Source of the DNA: Neophaeotheca triangularis
Taxonomy: Eukaryota
Direction of reading: 5' to 3'
DNA: 64,000 bases
Assembly: GCA_054600435.1 (NCBI GenBank)
Contig: BAAIJX010000001.1
Span: forward strand, 496,001-560,000
Position numbers and translations under genes: made by a program. Numbering within the stretch: the stretch's first letter is position 1; every line of letters begins with the position of its first letter. Below the pieces are notes generated by a model. That model did no database searches, was not told the DNA's origin, and saw only the letters and a program-made list of their open reading frames with translations. This document shows, piece by piece, positions 55,953 to 64,000 of the stretch.

Positions 55953-57168
55953 GATTGCGGTGTGTGTGGACTCGTGGGAAGGCTGTGAAGGCGAGTTAGT
56001 GAATTGCTCTTGCCCATGTCTGTCCGAGCCATGTTCTAGTCGATCGAGCATCTTGACCATCCTCCCAACTCTGATGCGTCTGCTGCTGCCACTGCTATGC
56101 CACGTGATCTCTTATTTGAATTGATCCGCCTAGTCAGTCCAATAAAGGTTGCGCCAGCTCTTAAAATGTGTGCTTGGTATCCAAGCAGCCGAGTGGAGGA
56201 TGGAGGGGGCGGCATATCAGGCGCTCGTATTGTGATGCTTGCCGCTGTGCAGATGTGCAAGTCGTTCATCGGTCAAAATTCAGCATGGCAGGCGTGCGAT
56301 CAAAGTGTCTCGACTTTATCCAGCACGTGCGGCCAGCGGCCATCCTCCCTTGTTCCTTGAAACAGGCAAGGCGTGCGAAATCATTCATGGTATCCAAGCC
56401 AGCAGCCTCTCATCGTGGTATCGCAGTCATGGTCGCCTCCTCATTCCTCCATCCATCGATCCGGCCGCCTCGACTCTCAATGGCAGCAGCAGCAGCAGCG
56501 ACAACAGCAGTGTCTCTCGAGCTCACTCGTCTTCCCTCTCTTTCAAACCAAAATCGCAAGACAGGAGGTCATCTTACCTAGGCGTACAAGCTGTCGTGTC
56601 CCGAGGTCGCAGATGGGGTTAAAGAGGAAAGCCTTCGCAACAACCAAAAATCGTAGGAGTGAGGTTCGAATTCGTCGCGGGGACAAAGTACGTGGCTTGG
56701 CGTTGGAATTTCGCTCGCACTTCAAGGTGACAATTTTCGTGCCTAAGGCATCAAAGCGTACACAAAAGAGCACGAACATCCGTCACCAATGGTACACGAC
56801 GGAGATTTCAGAGAATGTTGTAAAAAATCTTGAATATAAATCACAAAAACGGCGGAAATGAAGATAAAACAGTTTGACAATCTCATCGACCGACTGTACA
56901 ATCTGGTATACAAAAACATTACAAACCACCTGGCCATCCTCCTAACATGGTCTCAATTTTGGGCCGTCCGGACGCGCCAGAAAACCCCCGATATCAGTCT
57001 CTTCCCTTTCCTCAATTCTCCCCTAAAATACATTGACAACAGCATTGCCACGCGATATGCGGCTGGGTATCCATTCTCTATTAAATTTGCCACAAGGATG
57101 CACAGCATCGACTGCGTGCAACTTCCTGAGCCCAACAAACGAACAATCAAAACATGTCCCTCATCCTC

Positions 57169-59210
57169 TCACACTTGCTCGGTGAAGCGGCTTCCCCTCT
57201 CAGCACTGCCGGGCGGAGACATGGGTGCTGAATTCGCCGAATAAGGTCCTCCATTTCTAATCGTGGGCTTTCTCTGAGGCCCTGGGCTCAGCGTGATGTT
57301 CTCGGCTTCGGGTTCAGCGAATGGGTTAGGCGTGGTGGGGACGTCGCCTTCGCCATCATAGGAGCCAGCGCTGTCATGATAGAAAGAGGTATTGCTCATG
57401 TTGTTATTGTTGTTGCGGTCGTGGTCGGTGTAGCTAAGCGGCACCGCTTGGGACGGATGACTGCTCATGCCTTCGCTGAAGGCTGACGGAAGTTTGCGGC
57501 CAGAGACACGGGTGAAGCCTCGCTCGGCGGGTTCTGCGGGCTGCTCTGACGACCGATTGAAGTGGCGGAAGAACCCCGCGGCGCCTGCGAGGGGCATCAA
57601 GCCCGCACGCTCGGCCATACCGGGATTTCGTGAACTGCCTCCTGTCGTGCTGCCTCCAAGGTCTGCGTCTGGTTCAGGCGACATGACAGCGCCCGAGGGA
57701 AGCGCTTGATGTTGTCCCAGCTGACCTCGCCTTCTGTACCAGCGGATGAAAAACAGGGCCAACAGTACCACCACTGCTAATCCGGCGACGCCGCCTACGA
57801 CACCACCGGCCAAAACCGGCGTTGGTGGAGTGTCGTCATTATTGCTACTACCGCCGCCACCACTTGTAGCGCTTGCCGTTGCGCTAGAGACAGGTGGTGG
57901 TGCTCCTCCAGTCGCAACTGCGCCTGCGTCGGCATCCGATCCTATTTGTACAGATGTGATGGTGGAAGGTCCGGAGTTTTCGCCAGAATTCGTGATGGTA
58001 GAATAGACAGTGGAGGTTTGATCGCCATCAGTGATCGTACTCAGCGGACTTGAACGGATATTTGAACTCGTGTACGCAGGAATGGTGGAGACTTGACCGC
58101 CAGAGAATGTGGTCTCATATGGCTCGCTAGATTGTGTCAACGTGACCTCACGCCCATTTCGGAGAGTCGCGAGAAATACACCAAAAGGAAGAGATGACGA
58201 ATCAGACTCTGACACTGATGCCGATGCCGATGCCGATGCAGATGTCGTTATGGAAGACGCCGAGTCGGAAGTCAAAGACCCTGTAACTGAAATCGTGGAG
58301 GAATCAATGGGGGTGGATGATTCTGAGTCGCTAAACGTCGTAGCTGTAGAGGTTGTTAGTGTACTCATCTCGGGTGTTGTCAGTCTGTCTGACAGATCAT
58401 ACCAAAAGCAGATTGATTGAGTGAGTTGGAAGCGCTTGAACCTGTGACGCTTGCCAACAGAATTGCAACATCCGCGCTGCCAGAGCCAGAGAGACCCGTC
58501 GAAGTTACTATCGAAGTGGTGCTGTTGGCTTCACCTGCATCTTCGATGCCGGAACTAGAGCTACTTGTGAGAGCGGCTTCGCTGGCGGTAGAGAGATCTG
58601 CGCTTGCAGACGACGTGACGACGGGTACTTTGCTGTCAGTAGGTATGGCATCATCAGAGGATGTATTGCCAGGCACAGGCGACGAGACGCTTGCGACAGC
58701 GATAGCAACGTCGCTACTGTCGCTTGGTAAGCCTGATGCAGGCAGCGTTGATGGTTCCAGGGAAGTTGGCGTTTGCGCTGACTCTGTTGACGCGAGCGTG
58801 CTTGGTGGGCCTGCCAGGTTGGTGAGGGTGGTTGTCGAGGTGGTAGGAAAGACGCCTATATTCGTCCCAGGGCTGATAGTTGTTTGTGCCACAGTGGCAC
58901 CAAGTTCGTCTACAGCCACGGAGACCGTCACGAGCCCTATTGCGGTCGCATCATCTGTAGATGCGGCTGTGCCTTGTCTTCGATAGTGCTTGTGTCCACT
59001 TCCCCCAGGCGACACATTTCGTATTTCTAGGTGAACCTCCTCGACGCGTCGCGATTGGGACGTTGGTTCGGCCAAGGGAGGGTGTTCGATTTGGTGCGGA
59101 TGGCTAGCCATTTGTCCCATGAGGTCGTTCTTCTCCGCCTGCGGTATGTATTCTTCGGTCACCGACGACAGCTTCCGCCGTTTAGAGGGTGGAGGCATCG
59201 CAGGGTCCAT
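57169..59210 (-). CDS. Ser/Thr-rich single-pass membrane protein (Mid2/Wsc/mucin-like architecture)
   Basis: Two ORFs joined in frame by intron 58402-58344 (GTATGA..CTAAC..TACAG). Very long S/T-rich region, TM LAGGVVGGVAGLAVVVLLALFFI, basic stop-transfer RWYRRR, cytoplasmic ERGFTRVSGRKLPS, NPF and terminal SRFTEQV. The 5' end is uncertain. Confidence 0.75.
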
Positions 59211-61358
59211 ATGTTGCGAGACTGGCACAAAATATCTTTCACTGCACTTGGAACCTGTAAGTCGCGGTGGACTCTTGCGATGACCCAGAAACTTGCGGCT
59301 GTTTCTTGCGCGTGGCAGTGCTGCCGTATCCTACGGCCGACTAGGCTGTTTTGGTGTACCGAGCGCTTTTGGATTGCTGGTCGGAGCAATAGTATGTTAC
59401 GGTTGAGTTGATAGAGATCGGAAGTTTTCGCAGAAGCTCAGGATGATGGACCAGAACGATCGGACGCCGGACACGAGGCCGACTAATGAAGCGTGGGAGT
59501 CGTCTGAATGATGCAGCGGTATGGATGAGCTGACGTTGGCACACGGGCGTGCCAAAATGTGGTCCTTCTCCGGGGAGTGATAAGGGCGGTAGTGGGTGCA
59601 GGTGTGCGAGTGTCTTGTCGGAGTCGGTTGAGTCGCAAGGTCGACAGCAAGGCTGGCTGGCTTGAGGAAGGGGGTCCAAAGGTCAGGGGGCGGCTGCGGG
59701 CGTCAACAGACCGTTCTAGCTGCTCGCCTTGAGAAAGGTGGCAGACTGCAGACTGGCAGCGATTATTATTGCGACGGAGAACAGGATCTAGCAGTAGCGT
59801 GACTGTGACTGGCAAGGCACAAAGCAAACAGAGCGGCGTGGGTGCCCGTGATGCGGCGAAGACGTCTGATGGAGGCCACGGGAGGTGTGGAGGGTACTGT
59901 AAATTGAGCCAGTAGGTAGTGTAAGGTACCTAGGTACTTTCTCACTGAACAGGATGTCTGGGAGTAGCCGAGGGTCTATTTGCACTCCAAGGGCAAATGC
60001 TTGGCAAGACCAATGATATGAACGTGGACATGGCTCTACCAGTGATAATATTGAATGTCTGTCGCTGGCGAGTATTTATCTTTTCCCTCCCTCACCGCAG
60101 CAGCGAGCCAATGAGAGGTATTAGCTCGCTGCTCCCAAATTGGCAGTCGTCGGCAGGGTCCGCCCAAGGGTTTCACTTGCCCGTTGGCGTTGTGCCCGTT
60201 GCGCTTTCCAATTCTCTCCGCGGAAGCGAGATGAAAAATCACAATAATAATCACCAGACGATCGATGGTCGATGTATGATGAATATTTAAATTAATTTGC
60301 CCTTGCATGCATCGTAGGGTAAGGTAGGGTAGGGTTCGATGGAGAAAGGTTACGATCGAAGACGGGAGTCTGGATCACAGCAGCGTATAATAATTATTAT
60401 TATGCTCACCTACCTAGGTAGTAGTGTGAGTGGTTGCTTCAGAAACGGGCATCATCAGGTTCATCATTATTGTTATTATTACAATTACTTGTAGCAGGTC
60501 CACTCTACCGTCTGCAGGTTCGCAGAAACCAAAGACCACCTGCACAACTACCTACGGAGGTACAGTAGTGTGAGTGTATGACATGCACACTCTCGACTGT
60601 ACTCGGCATAGTATGCGATTTTTGAGTGGATGCAGGCTCAATAGTCCATCGTTCCTGCATACTCAAAATACGCCTAGCACGCGAGCTCGTAAAGTGTAAA
60701 TTCCCGCTTGCTGTTATTAATGATTATAGAAAGGCTCGTCCATTAATGTCGAGGTAATTGTTAGACAGCACATCACAATCAGACTACTACTATAGACTAC
60801 AGTATTACCGTCATGTAGCAACTTACCCAAAGTATCTTAGTTTAGTAGCTAAGGTAAATAATAGTAAGTATTAGGTAGCCTTACCTAGGTAGCCTACTAT
60901 TAATAGGAGGTAATAACTGAATGCTCTTAACGTCAGATGCTACCTACCTTACCTACCTACTACCTACATTAGGTATAGGTGGGTAGGTAGGTATAGAAGC
61001 GCGTGCCCAGTGCCTCCTCACGTGGGTACGTGTTTGCACTACTAGTACTTCATGCATCTAATAAAAGACCCCGATCGGGCTTAGCATGGAACCGAATGGC
61101 CACCTGGTCCTGGGCTTACCTACTGTACCTTAAGGTAGGTACTAGCTACCTAGCTAGCTACACCATATCAATAAAACAAACCACTCTTTACTCCCGTCCC
61201 GGACTTGATGTGCAAATAGATACAATACGGTTCAAATCGACTAGTTGTACCCGCTGGATTGGCTGGATTGATAATTTTACAATATCCCACCCCAAAAGAT
61301 CCCATTACCGAAAAGGGACCAACAGAGCCAAGATCAACAGAGACCGCTAAAAACAATA

Positions 61359-62677
61359 ATGGTCACCAATGGCGATATACGTCAAAGAGTGGCCAATGGC
61401 AAACTCCCCAAGACCACAGAGGGTACACAGGCCGGCAGGAACGACGTCGCTTTGAAGAATGAAGAAACTCTCTCGACAGACTCGACGCTGAACCTCTTGA
61501 TATGCGTTGGAGGCATCTATGCCTCTTTGTATGCCCGATCCTCTATCACCACAGCTGCAAATCAAAGTCTTGCTAACTATTCATCTTCCAGCCTAACATG
61601 GGGCGTGCTCCAAGAACGCATAACCACAACCAACTACGGCAGCCCAGACTCGCCGGAAATCTTCAAATACCCAGTCGTAGTAAACACAGTGCAATCCGCC
61701 TTCGCCGCCTTACTCGGCTACCTCTACGTCCTCAGCACGCGTAAAGCCGCCACCGACCTCCCCGTCTTCCCGAGTGTCCGCATCATCTGGCCCCTAACCC
61801 TCGTGGCCCTGACGAGCTCCCTCTCCTCCCCCTTCGGCTACGCTAGTCTCGCCCATGTCGACTACATCACCTTCATCCTTGCCAAATCGTGCAAACTACT
61901 CCCTGTCATGCTGCTCCACGTTACTCTTTACCGCAAAAAATACCCTTTCTACAAGTACGCCGTCGTGGGCCTGGTAACCGCGGGCGTGGCAATCTTCACC
62001 CTTCACCAACCGGCCTCGTCCAAGAAGAAAGCCTCTGTTCAATCCGGCAACAGCACTTACGGCCTGCTCCTCCTTGGCATCAACCTCCTCTTCGACGGCC
62101 TGACCAACTCAACCCAAGACGACATCTACGCCTCTTTCCGCCCCTACTCCGGCCAGCAGATGATGTGCGCTCTCAACATCATCTCCACCGCCATCACCTC
62201 CACCTACCTGATGCTCTCCCCTTTCATCGCGCAAACGGGCATCGGACACTACGTCGGCATGGATCTCGCCAAGAGCGCAGGCGAGCTCAACGACGCCCTG
62301 GCCTTTGTGCAGAAGCACCCGAGCGTCGGCTGGGACATCCTGGCCTTTGCCGCTTGCGGCGCCGTGGGGCAGCTGTTCATTTGTAAGTTGCCAACTCCCC
62401 TTTTCGCCTCCCACCTCCCCCTTCCGACGATGCGTTCTGACAGTCTCCATCCCCAGTCTACACGCTCTCCAAGTTCGGCAGCCTGCTGCTCGTAACCGTC
62501 ACAGTGACGCGGAAAATGTTCACCATGATCTTGTCGGTCGTCTGGTTCGGACACACGCTGAGTTTGATGCAATGGCTTGGCGTCGGTTTGGTGTTTGGGG
62601 GCATTGGGGTTGAAGCGCAGCTTAGCAAGCAGGAGAAGGCGGCCAAGGAGGCTGCGAAGCGGAAGCAGAAGAGTTGA
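61359..62677 (+). CDS. HUT1: UDP-galactose transporter homolog 1 (UAA/SLC35B1 family)
   Basis: Introns 61529-61591 and 62383-62456. [60 protein letters not shown] and a dilysine-like C-terminus KRKQKS. Confidence 0.92.
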
Positions 62678-63391
62678 AGTGGACTACCTGAGTATGGATT
62701 GGAGAGGCAGGGAGAGATGGCTGTGATTGCGAAAGATAGGGGTCCATAAAGAGCGAGGGATAGATTGATAGATGGCGCCGGTCGCCGTTGGCGTGGGAAG
62801 AGGCCTAGTCAGGCACATCTAAAAGCCTTGGCTGAAACTACTTCTCTAAGAAACGAAGCTTGCTTCGCAAGTTGAAAAAAAAAAAAAAACGCATCCGCTT
62901 CGCAACCAGCCAGAGTGCCGTGATCCAAAAAGAGAAAAAGAAAACGAACCCGACCCTAATCCAAGCGTACCCAAACCAATCCACGCTCGACGCGCCCCTT
63001 TTAATGCCAATCAAAATCTTCAACCCCCGTCCCCGATTCAAATTCGTCCTAAAGCCCTCACCTCACCTCCCCATCATCTTCAAGGGGGGAAAAGACTTGA
63101 GGCCCTCCCCGCCACCCAGATACTTTCCACTAAAACATCTCCCTCTTCACCCTCGTCCCCCGACCCTCCCCCCCCTGAAGCCTCGAACCGCCCGCCACAC
63201 CGCGAAAAGCGTCGAAACCGTCGTTAGTGTAAAGGTTCAAAGGGACGTGAGAAGCGGGCGTCGCTTGCCGGAAGCTGCAGGCGAGGAGGCATTGATGAGA
63301 AAACCACGTCAACAGCGAGCCGCGCCGCGTAGCTACAGCGCGGCCTCCCCTTTCCAACCCCCAACCTCGCGACTTCGCGCATCAGCCAATC

Positions 63392-63637
63392 TCACGAATA
63401 AGCAAGCGTGCTTCCCGTCCTCGTTTGCGGTACGTATCCATACACTGCGCCGATGGCTTCCTGGTTCCGGGCTCTCACGTCGCGCATGTACGCCAGCTGT
63501 GTCGCGTGCGTTTCGGCGTTGTGGTTGGCTGGCGCTTTTTGCGGGAAGAAGAAGTGCGTTGCTGCCCAGCTGACGAAGACGAAGGCGAAGGCGCCGAGGA
63601 TGACGAGGAAGACGACTGCCGTGTGGTCTATTGCCAT
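63392..63637 (-). CDS. Small (81 aa) single-TM hypothetical protein
   Basis: ATG in good context (gcaATGG), N-terminal hydrophobic helix VVFLVILGAFAFVFVSWAATHFFF, then QLAYMRDVRARNQ; codon use looks coding. Confidence 0.55.
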   Translation of the reverse strand: MAIDHTAVVFLVILGAFAFVFVSWAATHFFFPQKAPANHNAETHATQLAYMRDVRARNQEAIGAVYGYVPQTRTGSTLAYS

Positions 63638-64000
63638 TGCCGGGGTGGTGGTGGTGTGGGTGGTTTTGATGCTGCTACTACGCGAGGAATGCTCTCGGGG
63701 GGGGTGGGGGGGGTTCGGATGCGCCTTGAGGTTGGGGGATGGTGGGCGGAGTATGGTCGTTGTCTTGGGTGGAGTTTGGAGTGAAGCGCGATTTGTACGT
63801 GTCTCTCGAATCGTCTTGGTCAAGGGGTCGAGGCGCAGCAAGATGCCTGCGCGGCCTTGATCTGTCGCACCCCGAGTGTTTTGATCGCAATGCAGTGGGT
63901 ACGAGTCTGGACGGTGTTCGACGACTGCCAACCAATTCAAACTAGCTTCCAAGCTGGATTAAGGTGCCCTGCATGTATCTTCCTAAGATGATGTTACCAA

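Noticed and set aside
62860..63573. 237-aa plus-strand ORF
   Set aside because: Starts in a poly-A tract, is low complexity and is antisense to the 3' region of the small TM gene.
1..64000. CRISPR arrays, rRNA, snRNA, intact transposons or a secondary-metabolite cluster
   Set aside because: No repeat-spacer pattern, rRNA/snRNA signature, transposase/RT/integrase motif or PKS/NRPS domain was seen by eye.

Overview
Gene-dense 64 kb piece of a eukaryotic chromosome from a filamentous ascomycete. Short GT-AG introns with CTRAC branch points and the gene content point to Pezizomycotina; Dothideomycetes is a guess. About 21 protein-coding genes can be reconstructed by hand: a DUF2985-like membrane protein (5'-truncated), a SAM methyltransferase, a PAS kinase, a head-to-head DBP8/KRI1 pair, a 9-intron sugar porter, Rab5/Vps21, an Ark1/Prk1 (NAK) kinase, a small membrane protein, an FWD-1/beta-TrCP-like F-box-WD40 protein, TPT1, a head-to-head AP-1 gamma-adaptin/dynactin p62 pair, an Msg5/Pmp1-like MAPK phosphatase, a siderophore transporter with an SreA site, a possible Mto2/Spa18-like disordered protein, a GH128 glucanase with a C-terminal apple/PAN-like module, RPS3, a Ser/Thr-rich single-pass membrane protein, HUT1 and a short single-TM protein. 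I found no intact transposon, rRNA, convincing tRNA or CRISPR. I cannot show a clearly new multi-gene system. The most intriguing non-gene signals are a recurring intergenic palindrome (TACCTAGGTA), a repeated C-rich to G-rich switch at CDS 3' ends, several stop-free in-frame introns (one in a kinase activation loop), and a degron-like motif plus a long in-frame post-stop extension in the FWD-1-like gene. Exon coordinates were read by eye and need RNA-seq confirmation.
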